Origin: Eledone cirrhosa
Taxonomy: Eukaryota
Reading direction: 5' to 3'
Length of the DNA: 64,000 nt
NCBI GenBank assembly: GCA_964016885.1
Contig: OZ024742.1
Span: 17,980,001-18,044,000, forward strand
Of the stretch, positions 38,377 to 52,558 are shown in pieces (position 1 is the stretch's first letter; the number at the start of each line of letters is the position of its first letter). The notes under the pieces were generated by a model. It saw only the letters and a program-made list of their open reading frames with translations, was not told where the DNA came from and made no database searches. The position numbers were made by a program, and so were the translations under genes.

Positions 38377-40550
38377 TAACTTTGATAACTTTGATAGGTT
38401 TCGGCCAGTATTGGCCCAGGCCATGTCTAACTTAATAGCACCACCTGGCGAAGTCCTACAAATCAGTGTTTGGGCACCATGGCCCACTCGAGCAGAGAGT
38501 TATTGTTTACGGAGGCATATCCGGGTGTAGGAGGCTTATCCGGGATTTCTTGAAGGAATTTATCCAAAGACTTTTTGAACTTGATGGGGTCTGTCTCTGC
38601 TTTGATGTGTTTTGGTGTAATGTTAAATAGTGCAGGGACAATTGAGGTGAAATAATTATGCCGTATTGTTGTTATGTCATGCGAGTGGGATTTTTGTCGT
38701 GGGCGGATAGCACGGGGCCCAAGCCTTGGGTGTACACTAAAGGTGATGCCAACATCATTTGGGCTAAGCTGATGGAATATTTTCCACATCATACAGATAA
38801 TGTAGCGCTCACGGCGACGTTGAAGAGAATAAAGTTTGAGCTTTTCTAAACGACCCCAATAGTCAAGGCCTGTCATGCCAACTATCTTTTTTGTAATTGA
38901 CCTTTGGGGTGCTTCAACTTTCATGATACTTTGTTTCGTGTGGGGTGACCACAGTGGACAACAGTATTCAAGGTGGGCTCGGGCAAAAGTGGAGAAGAGA
39001 AGGACAACAGTGTGGATATCTCTCGACTGGAAAGTTCTGAGAATCCAGGAACACATTCTGCGGGCCATAAAACTTTGCTGTTTATATGAGTGGCCCAGCT
39101 TATATTGTTGTCCACAATTACTCCCAGGTCTCTGATGTTATTGGAAGCCACTAGAGTTTCACCCGAAGGAAGAGAGTATGGTAGTTTCAGGGCATCCTTT
39201 TTTCCAAAGTGGATTAGTTCAAATTTATCCTCATTCAACAGCATATTATTCATCTCTACCAATTGGATAACAGCCAGTAGGTCTGACTGAAGGCAAGCAA
39301 GTCCGGTCACCCACCTCATTGATGACCCTTTGGAGCTCGGAATCATCTGCGAAGATTCTGATGTTGCTGTGTTTGATGATGTCAGTAATGTCATTAATGT
39401 AGATGATGAAAATAAGTGGGTCCAACACAGTGCCTTGTGAGACGGCACTGCTGATTTTGGCAGGGCTTGATTTTACTCCTTCGACTACAACATGCTGGGT
39501 TCTGCCTGTCAGGAAACATTTGATCCAACGTAGTAACCTTCCAGAGACACCAACATTGGATAGTTTTTTCAGTAGAATCTTATGATCAACCCTGTCGAAG
39601 GCCTTGCTGAAATCAAGGTAGATGACATCAGTGTTGGAGCCCTCTCCCAAGGCTCTCAAAACATCGTCAAAGTGATGCAGGAGCTGCGTTAGGCAGTCCC
39701 TTCCATTACGGAACCCATGTTGGTTGGAGTTCAGCAGGCCGTTGCTTTCAAGAAAGTGGGTTATTCGTTATCTCACCACCCTCTCAAATACCTTGATAAT
39801 ATGAGAGGTGAGTGAGATCGGACGGTAGTTCACTGCAAGGGACTTATTTCCGTTTTTGAAGACTGGGACAGCGAACTGGGACAGAAAGTTTTCAGGAATA
39901 TAGCCAGTGTCCAGTGAGTTCCTCCACAGATTAGCAAGAGGAGTTGCAAGTTGGTGTCGACACACCTTCAGGACACAAGCAGGGAACTTGTCGGGGCCTA
40001 CTGCTGAATTGTGTTTAATTTCTTTTATTGCCGCTAAGACATCAGGGGCGCCAAACGTTATGTCTGATATAGTGTGTTGGGGGTTAATATCACTGATACG
40101 GCCCAGATCGGCCATATCAGGGTTGCTGAAAACAGAGCAGTATTGTTTCTGCAGTAACTCGCCCATGGTTTTGGCATTGTCCTGGAGTGTGCCATTTTCA
40201 TCAACTAGGGGGCCAATAGTGGAGACGGTGACCTTGTGTTTTTTAGCGAATGAGAAGAACCCTTTGGGGTTGAGTTTGATTTTCTCAATGGCCCACCTCT
40301 CTTCAGCTATTCTCTGGTTATTGATGATGGTCATCATGCATTGCTGGAGGTTATATTTTTTTTACTCAAGCAGGGTGATAGCCATTGAATGTGTGTGTTG
40401 ATGTTGACAGTATTTTAGTGTGTTAATTTTTTAATTTGTTCTTTTTATTTTTCTGATAATTCTTTTTCTGTTTTGGGGGATACCGCACTTGCTTTTGTTC
40501 ACATCCCACCGAGGTCGGCTTTGCACTTCATCTTTCTCCAAACTGCCTGG
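38377..40550 (-). mobile_element. CR1/L2-group LINE, 5' truncated, RT pseudogene
   Basis: NYRPISLTSHIIKVFE, DVIYLDFSKAFDRVDH, QGTVLDPLIF, IFADD, LEYCCPLWSP, LYSLQRRRER; 3' hairpin and TATCAAAGT tail repeat. Confidence 0.85.
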
Positions 40551-40557
40551 CATTGGG

Positions 40558-40820
<263 letters not shown>

Positions 40821-41050
40821 GTAATTAGTTACACCAGTGCCATGTACAGGTACTTAAGTTTCATTCGGTTGTTTATACCCAACTCATCCAGCCTGTCATA
40901 AAATAAAATCCCTATCGATTGAATCCCATCCTTAAATATTTATATTTATTTACTTGAGGGCGGCCGACCGAACTAGAAACTGCTAAATGGGTGGCCGCCT
41001 TCTTGTCACTCTGCCAGCTCCATGGATTATATTCCTTTGTTAAATTTCGA

Positions 41051-41108
41051 ATACCTGATGATGTCACTGGATTCATACTGAACCCGGTCATTGAAATGAT
41101 CATAGTAT
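41051..41108 (+). ncRNA. Type I hammerhead ribozyme
   Basis: ATAC-CTGATGA-...-GAAA-TGATCA-TA-GTAT; homolog of 10845-10902. Confidence 0.8.
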
Positions 41109-41373
41109 AATAAACCTTTAAGGAATTACACCAGTCCAGTCTCCTGTTATTTTATAATAATTAACTCCGTACTCACACCACCAACTACACAAACGAAGAC
41201 GGATGAGTTGCATTACGTCGAGTGCTCTCCCTAATATTACATCGAGGTTGACCATACGGAATGACCAGTTCTATCCAGTGGTGAACCAACAAACATAAAT
41301 AAATATATATAAATATATATATAATTGAGATCAGCTGAACAAGTAAATTTTAAACATTCTTTTAATCTCATTT

Positions 41374-41443
<70 letters not shown>

Positions 41444-41834
41444 TATATGTGTGTGGGGGGGGGGGCCTTCAATTTCCTCATTTTAGATTTTGATTTTAGT
41501 CAACTACTTAAAATCTCTCTATATCTATTCGATCCACCTAGTTTCTACGACACCCTCACCTACAACAGTTACTATTACCGAATCTAATGTTTAATTATAT
41601 GTCTATATCTTCTTTCCTTGTTTCTATTAGTCCCATATTTCCATGAAACTATCTCATCAATGTGATTATATAATTAAATATGATTACATGTAAAAATCAA
41701 AATATTAGAGTTTTTTTACGAATCAACATTCAACGAGAATCATTAATAGACAACAACAACGGCAACAACACCAATGGTAGACGACAACAACAACAACCAA
41801 CAACAACAACAACGGCAACAACAGTAACATCAGT

Positions 41835-42006
41835 AATTGTTTCTACTTTTAGCACAAGGCCAGCAATTACACAGTACATTACTGGTACTTTATTTTATCG
41901 ACCCCGTAAGGATGAAAGGCAAAGTTAACCTCGGTGGGATTAAAACTCAGAATGGCAAGGGCCGTAACTCTATGCGTCAAAGCATGGCGTCCGACCTTCT
42001 ACCGAA
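41835..42006 (-). mobile_element. tRNA-derived SINE copy
   Basis: Same family as 1-160. Confidence 0.85.
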
Positions 42007-43464
42007 TAATAGACAACAACATCAATAATAGACAACAGCAACAACAACACGAAAGCAATACAGGTTAGCCTTCTCAACACATACACTGCTTAACTTGTAA
42101 ACAACTTATTTTTATTTGTTGTTTGTGTCATGATCTCGGCGAATTGAATGTCGAATGTGTTACTCCGGGGAATTGTGAGATACACTTGAAGGAGTCAGTC
42201 CTAATTCCCGGGACTCGTACTTGCTAATGGCAATGGTAATCTCTATCGCAATAAGTAAGGATGTGATTTCAGAGACCCAGGGTCTCAAATGTTTCCACAG
42301 CTTTGGGTTCAGCAATAAATCTATCAAGAAGTAATTTGTACTTTATCAGCTTGAAAATCTTCAGCCTGTGCCTGACGCTCATTTCAACAGGAGCCTGCTG
42401 ACCAAACCCCTGCCCCTATCAGTGGGTCTTTATCCGTTAGTGCTACATGCCAGTTACTCCCCTTTAGCTAGTTATTTTTTGCTTCCTTTCCCTGTTACTT
42501 TAACTACTTTCGGATCTCGAATAATCGCTCCCAACCCCTTCCCATTTACTAATTTGTCAGGGTTTTTTCCAACCTCTCCGGCCTTATTCCAACCCCGCCG
42601 CTTACTAAATTTTGCTAATCTATCTCCGGCGAAATTTTATTTTAAGTGGTAGCATTCCTGTGAGAGTTAATTTTCTTTATACATTAAAAAAACATTATAC
42701 GAAATACATTGACGAAAAATACATTACTAGAAATCCCATATGTTATAAAACAAATAGGATGGGTTGGGGGTCTCAATGTAAACTAAACGACTAATTCTGG
42801 TTTTTAAAAAGAATCAACGGAGACAACCTAAAAAAATTACCGATTTTCCACACACACACACCTACACTCACACTTCTTTGCTTGTCTAATCTTTTGAACA
42901 CTGCATATAGAGAGGAAGAATCTGTCTCAGTACTAGACTGGTACTTTGTTTATCGATCTTGAATGGATGAAAGGAATGATTGGTCTCAGTGGGTTTAGAA
43001 CTCAGAGCACAGAGAACTGAAAGAATAGTGTAAAGCCTTCTACCTTCAAAGCAATCAGACGTTCTAACGACTCTGTAATTCACCGCCTATAATAATGTAG
43101 AAGTTTCCATAAAGCAACATAAACTTTTAACCCTAATTATACCACTATGTAGTTAACCTTATAAAAGACTTCGATTAACCTCAAATAGAAACAGAAATAA
43201 AGCTGTGTTAAGTAAATACAGAGGCAATTAGAGAAATGACAAGGTAAATAAGCCAAAGAAAATCCATCCAATATGAATCACAAAATAAATAGTAAAACAT
43301 TATACAAAGTTAGAACTTCGAGAGATACACAATCTTGACAAAGGACAATAACCCAGAAACAATATTGTCGGTTTTTTTCTCTCTGTCGCCGCTAGATCAA
43401 AACGATGGAATTGGTCATCGAAAAAACAGCATAATGAAGCTGTTTTCTTGTAAACGAATTGAAT

Positions 43465-43826
43465 AGTGGATTGGCAGTATCGGTAGAGTTCTTTGCGACA
43501 TAGAGTTACGGCCTTCTATGTTCTGAGTTCGAATACCGCCGAGGTTAACTTTGTTTTTCATCCTTTCGGGTCGATAAAATAAAGTCAATTTAATCGACTT
43601 TCCCTCCCTAAACTTTATGGCTTTGTGCCTAAATCAGAAACCATTATGGTGGATTGGCAGTATTGGTAGAGGGTCGGATGCCATGCTTTGACGCATAAAG
43701 TTACGGCCCTTGCCATTCTGAGTTCAAATCCCGCCGAGGTTAACTTTGCCTTTCATCCTTACGGGGTCGATAGTACCAGTAATGCACTGGGTATTTGCTG
43801 GCCTTGTGCCAAAAGTAGAAACAATT
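43465..43826 (+). mobile_element. Two head-to-tail SINE copies
   Basis: 43465-43644 (variant tail) and 43647-43826. Confidence 0.85.
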
Positions 43827-44796
43827 ATTATTCTATATAAAACTGATGAATCCATAATACAAAGTAATTAGCAATATCAACAAATCTGACTTCAATCTTA
43901 CCACACTATCTCTGAGGGCGAGGAGTCCTGTTTATGAGGAACCCCCAAACTCTTGTTTACTTTTCATATCAACCCACTATTTTATTTTTATATCTCTTCT
44001 TACAAGTTTCCCACATTTTTACGTTGATCTTTCGCTCATTTTGTAAAGCGAGAGAATGGTACAGCTTTATCTGTATGTATGCGTACGTGTACATATATAT
44101 GTATGTGTGTGTGTGTGTGTATATATATGTTTATGTAATTATGTATCTATCTATATCTATATATGAATGTATGTATAGTATATTTGGCAATATACCAAAT
44201 GTTTAATTAAAAACATTTTGAAGACCATACGTTATCGGTTTTAAAGTAGTGACTATGTCACTTATTTCGTTTCGGCGAAAGAAGGGAGAGAAGCTGGTAG
44301 TCTGTTTCACGCTGCTGGCGATCATCAGAGCCACGCACTCTCCTGCTTTCGCCGAAAATTATAGAAGCTGGATTCTTATAGAATTCCAGTAATAATCAGG
44401 AGCTGATTATACAGAGCGATTGCCGGTCCAACAAAAATTAGGTATTAGGACTGGTGCTCTGAAATAGCGATGTACACATGAATGTATGTATAGTATATTT
44501 GGCAATATACCGTATGTTTAATTAAAAATATTTTGAAGACCATACACACACATATTTGTATAGATCTATGTACATATATATTTGTATAGATATGTATATA
44601 TACATATATATGTGTGTGTGTGTCACATGTCATTTTTGTTCTTTTACTGTTTTCAGTCATCTTTATTGTGGCCATACTGGAGCAGCACGTTCAAGGGTGT
44701 TTTTATTATAACGACCTCCAATAATGAGGTTGATGCTTATTGTATGAATAATAGTTGTAAGGACAGCAAAGCCGACAGACGCGTAACAAAAATATA

Positions 44797-44985
44797 ATTG
44801 TTTCTACTTTTGGCACAAGGCCAGTAATTATCCCAGTGCATTACTGGTACTTTATTTTATCGACCCTGTAGGGATGAAAGGCAAAGTTTACCTCGGTGGC
44901 ATTTGAACTTACATCGTAAAGGGACGTAACTCTATGCTGCAAAGTATGGCGTCCGACCCTCTACCAATACTGCCAATCTACCGCC
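44797..44985 (-). mobile_element. tRNA-derived SINE copy
   Basis: Full length; AAATATAAT direct repeat on both sides. Confidence 0.85.
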
Positions 44986-45650
44986 AAATATAATGGGACT
45001 TAACCGACAGACAGAACTAACCTCGACTTGCAGGCGCAGAATGAAATTCTTGCTATCTCTTTTCAGGGTGACAGTCAAAACATCGGTAACGGCACACAGT
45101 GACAGACCACTATTGTATATTTTTCTTCAACAATTACGACAAGACTCCGCTGAAGATCACTGCGTCCAATTTTCTGGATACTAAAATGAAACTGTGGGAC
45201 GATTCTCATTACAGGTACTAAATATATGTGTGTATGTATGTATGGTATATCGTGCAACGGCCATACTCGATAACAAGGGGTCAGCCATCATGTATGTATG
45301 TATATATGTTTTATGTATATCTGTATGCATGTATGTACGTATTATGTATATCTGTATGTACGTATGTATTATGTATGTATTATGTATGTATATATGTATG
45401 ATGTATTTCGGGTTATAGCTAGTGTCGCTCAGAGAGTGGGATTGGCTCAGTGCACAGTCTTTCCTCACTTTAAAACATATCTTCATGCACAGGCATTGTA
45501 CGATAGAATTAATTAATAATTATTAATAATGGTATATCGTGCAATGTCCATACTCGATAACGAGGGGGTAGCCATCATCATGTATGATGTATTATGTATG
45601 TACGTATGTATGTATGTATGATGTATGTATATATGTATGTATGTATTATG

Positions 45651-46259
45651 TCAGGTCACCAGTTGGTGCTACTGGTAACATGTATCCCAGTACAACCTGT
45701 CCCATTGTCGGGTCGTTGGCGACTAAACTGGCAACACCACCAAGGTTTCTTGGTGAGGAGGGTGACTTTGGACATCCTGCAGGACTAAAAACAAAACCTG
45801 TCAAAGGGCAAAGGAGCTCTTAAGAGTCAATGGCCATCCAAAATCACCGGGAGAGATGACCCCTTAGCCTTTGTCAAGGCAGAATTCTAGGAGAAGGAAA
45901 ACTCTGATATAACACCTGCAACCCTGATGGTATCCAATGATGTTGACTTGTTCTTCTTTTTGGTAAATATCATCTTGGTTAAGAGAGTGGGACTGGCTTT
46001 GTGCAGTGCCTTTGCTCACTATAAACGCTTCACGGCACAGGCATTGCTTTATATCTGGAGATCTCTCTGCACTTGTCATCACATGGTACCATGGGCCCAG
46101 CACTATGTGTCAGTAATTGTCACAAGTGTAGTGTTTGTACCAGAGTTTTCAAGTCGCTGGCTGGACTAAAAAGTCACACTCGTTCAGCCCATCGGTAGGG
46201 GTTCTCCTACATGGATATAAAGTAGTGGCCGTACTCGAAAACGAGTTGGCAGCCACCAT
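45651..46259 (+). mobile_element. RTE-related non-autonomous element (subfamily A), full length
   Basis: Contains RTE 5'UTR-like TCTAGGAGAAGGAAAACTCTGA; 3' CTCG-AAAA-CGAG hairpin; (TATG)n on both sides; 3' stubs at 45249-45290 and 45407-45581. Confidence 0.75.
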
Positions 46260-46435
46260 GTATTATGTATGTATGATGTATGTATTATGTATGTATGTAT
46301 GTATGATGTATGTATGTATTATATATGTATTATGTATGAATGCATGTATGTATGTATGTACGTATGTATTATGTATGTATGTATTACGTGTGTATGTATG
46401 TATGTATGTATTATGTATCTATTATGTATGTATGT

Positions 46436-47105
46436 TATCTCTTTCTCTTAATTTCGAGTATATTTTTGACCGGCCACCTTCCTGGTGGCAATGTTGTAAA
46501 AGAAAAGAAAAGAAAATGTCATCCCTTGAATCGCAAGAATGTTTTGCAAATTTTGAAGGTGTCAGCTATCGCAGCCATTTGTAGACTATGAATTAGGGAG
46601 CTACGCTCTTTGTCCGCAAATCCAAGTTCAGTTATACATTGGTCCAAGCGGGTTGGTATATAACCCGTAGCTCCAATAATGATGGGTATGAAGCTAAAGG
46701 TGTATCTTGGATACTGGATTTGTAAACCCCTCATCAATGGTCCGTAGATGTCCTCCTTCTCCTGTATTTTTCTGACAACGTTTACATCAAGTGGGCAGCT
46801 GATCTCCACAACAGAACACGTTTTCAATGTGTGGTCCCAAACAACAATATCAGGCCGGTTGTGCTTTAATTTGGTTGCAGTTTTTAGTTTCAGGTTCCAC
46901 CAGTATTCCTTAGTGCCATCTGTCTCAATATATTCTTCCTCGTTTGTTGTTAATTTTGTTTTCCGAAGTGCGTTCCAGATGGTTCTAGCTATCCCATCGT
47001 GCCGTATGGGGAGGTAGTAGCGATATGACATTCTTTCGCAGCTGGCAACAATGTGGCTTACATCTTCGATCTTTGTTTTACATAGCCTGCATTTATTGTC
47101 AGCTG
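46436..47105 (-). pseudogene. R4-clade LINE family 2, 3' fragment
   Basis: YYLPIRHD...KHNRPDIVVWD...VVEISCP...PIIIGATG; (TATG)n on both sides. Confidence 0.8.
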
Positions 47106-47180
47106 ATGTATGTATGTATGTATGTATGTATGTATGTATGTATGTATGTATGTATGTATGTATGTATGTATGTATGTATG

Positions 47181-49210
47181 TTCTTCTGGTTTTATAATTT
47201 CACAAAGTTTTACCAATAGAGAGAGAGTCGGTTTCTAACATAGACACAAGACTCTCTCATTGGAATTTACACATCAACTAGGTAGATTATGTATGCATGC
47301 ATGTGTAGATATGGATGTCATTGTATGTGTGGACGTGTATGTTTTGAGTTGTATGTGTGCATGTGTATATGCTTTGCATCTGTACATGTGTATATGCAGT
47401 TATTAGATGCAAAATTTTTGGAATGTTTTACATATTTTTACTGTTCCATTAATGGATTGTACTTGTAATTTCCTAACTAGTTGTGTTTTTTATGTTCCTG
47501 TGAAGCCTAGCTTCTCAAGATTTGTATTGAGGCAGTTACTAACATATCCCAGTGCCCCAATAATCACAGGTATAAATCTGAAGGTGTAAACAGGGTGGAG
47601 TATCTGGAGATTTCTCATCAGTTCTGCATAAATATTCTCCTTTTCGCTAATCTTTGATATTATATTGGCATCTGCTGGGCAGCTAATTTCCACTACTGTG
47701 CATGCTTTCTTCTCCCTGTCCCATATCATATCTGGTCTGTTATGCCTGCATTTTATTGGGGTTTTTACTGGAACATTCCACCAGTGCTCTTTCTTATGTA
47801 CATGGATGTCTTCCACACTGCTGTAGCTTTTAATGTGTTTATTATTGGAGCTATCTTTTGTACGAACTGCATTGTACAGTGTTTTGGCCACCACATCATG
47901 CCTCATAGGTAGATAGTACCGCGATGACATCTTTGGACAGCTGCTGATGATATGGGTGATATCTCTGATGTTAGTTCTGCAGAGTCTGCACTTGTTATCA
48001 CATCTAGGTGTTTTGTCTGCATCCCTATCTCTTTTGTGAAACAGGTATTTCGTGTTAATCTCCTGTTCTTGGATTGCAAAAGCGTATCCTTCAAAGTGGG
48101 AGCCAATATAGCGGTTGTTGGTCCAAGATACACTACTTTCCTTATCTATATTACTCTCACTCTGGAGATTCCTGGCAACATATCCATGCATGATTTTTTG
48201 CTGATAAGCATGCAGTTTTTCCTCCATGGATTTACTGCGATACTGCTGAGCGACTTCCATGGGTGTGAGTTTTTGATTATCACACAGGGAATATCTCTCA
48301 AGGAGTTCCTTCCCAACTCTCATCACCTTATCTGTTTCATGCAGATAGACTTGCTCGAGAAACGGGCTCCTACGTTTCGAGGTTCGTAGATGTTGTCGGA
48401 GAGATATGATGCAGCATTCAAATGTCGTCTGACTGATGTTAGGCCTCTGCCTCCCTGCTTACGTTTCAAGTAAAGGCGGTCTATGTCACTGTTGATGTGG
48501 AAGTTTCCGGTGTTGCTTAGTATTTTTCGAGTTCCAACATCAACTGCTCGAATTTCGTCTATCGTCCAATTGAGTATTCCAAACGTTGGTGTTAGGACAG
48601 GCACAGCAAACACATTGTGAGCCACTGTTTTGTTTTGCGCAGAGAGTTCCGATGACCAAATCTTTCTTAATCGGGTGTAGTATTCCCTGGTTACGCGTTC
48701 TTTATTACAGACACCATTATAGGATATGTTCTCATCTATCACCAGGTATCTGTAGCAGTCCTCATCAGATATCGGTGAAACAGTTAGGCCATTGATGACA
48801 ATGTTGCTAGATTGGGTTGTTGTTTTTCCCCGCTTTACAGTCATGTATGAGCATTTATCTTGGCCAAACTCCACTCCTATATCCTTTGAGAACGTTGTAA
48901 CAAGGTCAAGATTTTTCTTCATCCCATCCATGTTCTTGGCATAGAGTTTCAGATCGTCCACAAAGAAATTATGGGTGGGTTAGGTTCGTATTTCTGTCCT
49001 CCTGTGAGCCAATGATGTATCCCTCATATTTCTTGAGCAGAAAGGACAAGGGGTTTAATGACAAGATGAATAATATCACAGAGAGAGACTGTCCCCCTGA
49101 AATATACCCTTGCAATATTTTATTTTATCAGTGAAAATAGAGTCCTCCCTCTCTGTCTTTAACCTTAGAATAATAGCACAAGAAGACAGCCTCTCTATGG
49201 CTCTGACAAT
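47181..49210 (-). pseudogene. R4-clade LINE family 3, RT-RLE fragment
   Basis: DDLKLYAKN, FGQDKC, DIDRLYLKRKQGGRGL, CRLC...HIISSC, RHD, HNRPD; extra 3' pieces at 49256-49448 and 61555-62163. Confidence 0.85.
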
Positions 49211-49692
49211 AATTGTTTCTACTTTAGGCACAAGGCCAGCAATTACCCAGTGCATTGAAATTTAAACATCAACTTGGTAGATATGTCTGCATGTGTGTGC
49301 AGGTATGGATGTTATTGTATGTGTGGATATGTATGTGCTGTGTTACATATGTGCATGTGCATATGCTTTGTATCTGTACATGAGTACATGTAGTTATTAG
49401 ATGCAGAAATTTTAGACTGTTTTACATATTTTTACTGTTCCATTAATGGGATAACTCCGACACAAAACCTGCGGCTCAGTAGTTACCGATGATGTTGATC
49501 TTTTCTTCTTTTCGAGTTATAGCTTCTGTTGCTCAGAGAGTGGGATTGGCTCAGTGCACAGTCTTTCCTCACTTTAAAAAAATCTTCATGCACAGGCTGT
49601 ACGATGGCAGTAATTGATAACTATTAATAATGGTATATTGCGCAATGGCCATACTTGATAAAGAGGGGGCAGCTATCATGTATGTATGTATG

Positions 49693-50307
49693 TCGGGTCA
49701 CTCTTGAGTGCTACTGGTAAGATGTAACCCAGTACAACCTGTCACATGGTCGGGTCGTCGGCGACTAAACCGGCAACCCCACCAAGTTTACTTGGTGAGA
49801 AGGGTGATTTGGGACACCCTGTAGGACAAAAAACAAAACCTGACAAAGGGCGGAAGAACTCATAAGAGTCAACGGTCATCCAAAAGTGTGTAAATATGTA
49901 TATACACATGTACATATGTATGTATATGTATATGTGTATATACATGGGTGCATGTGTATGTATATGCGCGAGGACATAGAAATGGTCGGGTTGGACACTC
50001 GATCGCGCGGTTAAACCACTGGGAGTGAAGAACCCCTAGCCTTTGTCAGGGCATTCTTCTAGGAGAATGTAATTCAGGAAACTGGGATAACTCCGATATA
50101 AAACCTGCGGCTCAGATGTTGATCTTTTCTTCTTTTCGGGTTATAGCTACTGTCGCTCAGAGAGTGGGATTGCCTCAGTGCACAGTCTTTCCTCACTTTA
50201 AAAAATTCTTCACGCACAGGCATTGCACGATAGAATTAATTAATAATTATTAATAATGGTATATCGTAAAATGGCTATATTCGATAACGAGGGGGCAGCC
50301 ATCATCA
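49693..50307 (+). mobile_element. RTE-related non-autonomous element (subfamily B)
   Basis: Matches 60947-61536; preceded by a 3' half copy at 49448-49680 and (TATG)n. Confidence 0.8.
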
Positions 50308-50558
50308 TGTATGTATGTATGTATGTATGTATGTATGCAGAACATCTATTGTCTTTTGATGAACAATCAACAATTTGTGAAACAAATGCAATCCTTGTCA
50401 TTTTCTCTGTACGAAAATAAAATCCAAACTGTATTTACATTTGTTCACTTTTTCACAATTCGATTTATAATTTACAAACTATAATTATACCTCAATTGAA
50501 TTTATCTTATAATTTCACACTCATACACGTATATACACATGTGTGTAGGAAGTATACA

Positions 50559-50610
<52 letters not shown>

Positions 50611-50616
<6 letters not shown>

Positions 50617-50736
50617 ATAGAAGGAGCTTCTACAGGACTAGTACTGTTTCATTCAGATGAAATCTTCAGGAAGCTTCCTGAAGATTTCATCTGAATGAAA
50701 CAGTACAAGTCCTGTAGAAGCTCCTTCTATACAATA
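50611..50736. repeat. Spacerless palindrome with 63-bp arms: two back-to-back hammerheads
   Basis: Centre AAG|CTT at 50673/50674; one mismatch. Confidence 0.9.
50672..50722 (+). ncRNA. Type I hammerhead (mirror copy 50625-50675 on the minus strand)
   Basis: AGCTTC-CTGAAGA-TTTC(ATCT)GAAT-GAAA-CAG(loop)CTG-TA-GAAGCT. Confidence 0.8.
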
Positions 50737-50911
50737 AATATATTTTACTCTGCCATGTATTGAGTACCTTACTTACTGTGGTTATCCCCGACTCAACCCG
50801 GGACCTACGTATATATATATATATACATACACACACATATATATATCCATATATATGTGTGTGTGTTTAATCAAACATACATACATACATAATTTACTAG
50901 CCTAGTTCATG

Positions 50912-50942
<31 letters not shown>

Positions 50943-51301
50943 TGTATGTATGTATGTATGTATGTATGTATGTATGTATGCATGCATGTATATTTGCACC
51001 ATAATAGACATAATTAAACCTGTGTCTAAGTTTTCGTCCTAGTTTTCCCAATGTCGTGTTCACTGCTCAATGGCCAGGTTGTAAAGAAATTATGAAACAA
51101 AAGAAGTGTGTCATATTCTTTTCGTCAACATTTCTATAGCCAGTCACTCCTTCAAGGCCTTCCAAATGTTTAGTCTTCCAGATATGGAGGCAAGCATGGC
51201 TGACTGCTTACGAAGCTAGCTTCGTCATCACGAAGTCTCGGCTTCCAGGTTTTTACCATAGCTTCAAGTTATGAGAGAAATTATATAAACTGTGAAAGCC
51301 C

Positions 51302-51513
51302 GCCGGATTGGAGATACCTTTAGGAGACCAGCATCTAACAACACACGCCAAGCCCTGACCTGTAATCCGCAGGATAAGAAGAAGAGTGGCCGACCCCGCG
51401 GTGCTGGAAGCCTTACACTAAAGTTGAATTAAGAAAACTGGAAGTCAACTAGAGTGGAGTAACAAGAGCAAACCCAGGATCGTGTACGATGGTGGAGGCT
51501 CATCAATGGCCTT
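51302..51513 (+). pseudogene. Old RTE-clade LINE 3' remnant (different family)
   Basis: Translates to IGDTFRRPASNNTRQALTCNPQDKKKSGRPR, resembling the RTE WIGHTLR...ALTWNPQGKRKRGRP tail. Confidence 0.6.
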
Positions 51514-51754
51514 AGTGATGGGTTGGATTAAGTGGGAGGTGGAATAAGCAGGGACTTTTCTAGGATGTCTCCAATGATATTTTTAAAAACTAGAATTGGT
51601 CGTTTAGTTTACATATTGAAACCCCTACCCGTCCTATTTATTTTATAACATGTGGGATTTCTAGTCATGTACTTTTTTGTAACGTATGTTTTTTAATGTA
51701 TCTGAAAAATATGTAACTCCTCTATCTGGTTTGTTGTGTCCCAATATACACTCG

Positions 51755-52050
51755 GGTCCACCTCCCTACTCACCTAAATCGGCACAGATTTGGCTACACG
51801 CAGGCGTAAGCCTCGCGAGCTGGAATGGCTCTTCCAACGCCTCTTCTTCGCCATCTTCGCGGAAATACCTTCTCTATTCTGTTAGCCGAGTGGGTCCGTG
51901 GGGTGTCCGGCGTGTGGGGATGGGAGAGTGAGAGATACGGAGGCAGTGAGTGAAAGAGAGAGGTAAGGAGAGTGAGAGAGACGGAGGCAGTGAGTGAAAG
52001 AGAGAGTGGGGAGAGTGAAAGAGAAGGAGGCAGTGAGAGAGAGAGAACAT
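51755..52050 (+). pseudogene. CRE-clade 3' fragment with GGAGGCAGTGAG tail repeats
   Basis: Nucleotide similarity to 1580-1785. Confidence 0.6.
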
Positions 52051-52287
52051 CAACAGTTGTTTACTTATTCGTATTTCGCTGTATTTTGATGTCGTTGAAA
52101 TGATAATGACTATAAAGCTAAAAGAACATTGTGTCACCATAGATATTTGATCTCACCAGCTATGGCTGACTTCTTAATCTATTGATTTGTTTGGCTGCTG
52201 TTGTAGTTTTACTACAACGATCTGACCTACACTCACACAACAGAACATGTTTATATATGTCAAGACATTTAGTTGCTGTTATGAGAG

Positions 52288-52558
52288 CAGTGGGTTGGTA
52301 GTATCGGTGGAGCGTCGAACAACATGATTTGTGGCACAGAGTTACGGCCCTTTACGATCTGAGTTCAAATCCTGCAGAGGTTAGCTTTGTGGCATAGACT
52401 TACGGCCCTTTACGATCTGAGTTCAAATCCTGCAGAGGTTAGCTTTGCCTTTCAACCTTACGGGGTCGATAAAATAAAGTACCAGTAATACACTGGGGTC
52501 GATATAATCAACTTTCCTCTCCTCCAAAACTGTTAGCTTTGTGCCTAAATCAGAAACC
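52288..52558 (+). mobile_element. SINE copy with internal duplication of about 58 bp
   Basis: TTTGTGGCAYAGA...GAGGTTAGCTTTG occurs twice. Confidence 0.75.

Noticed and set aside
44292-45220. Hammerhead-like motifs at 44292-44332 (-) and 45150-45217 (+)
   Set aside because: Cores are present but stem III/UH or stem I are broken; counted only as possible decayed copies
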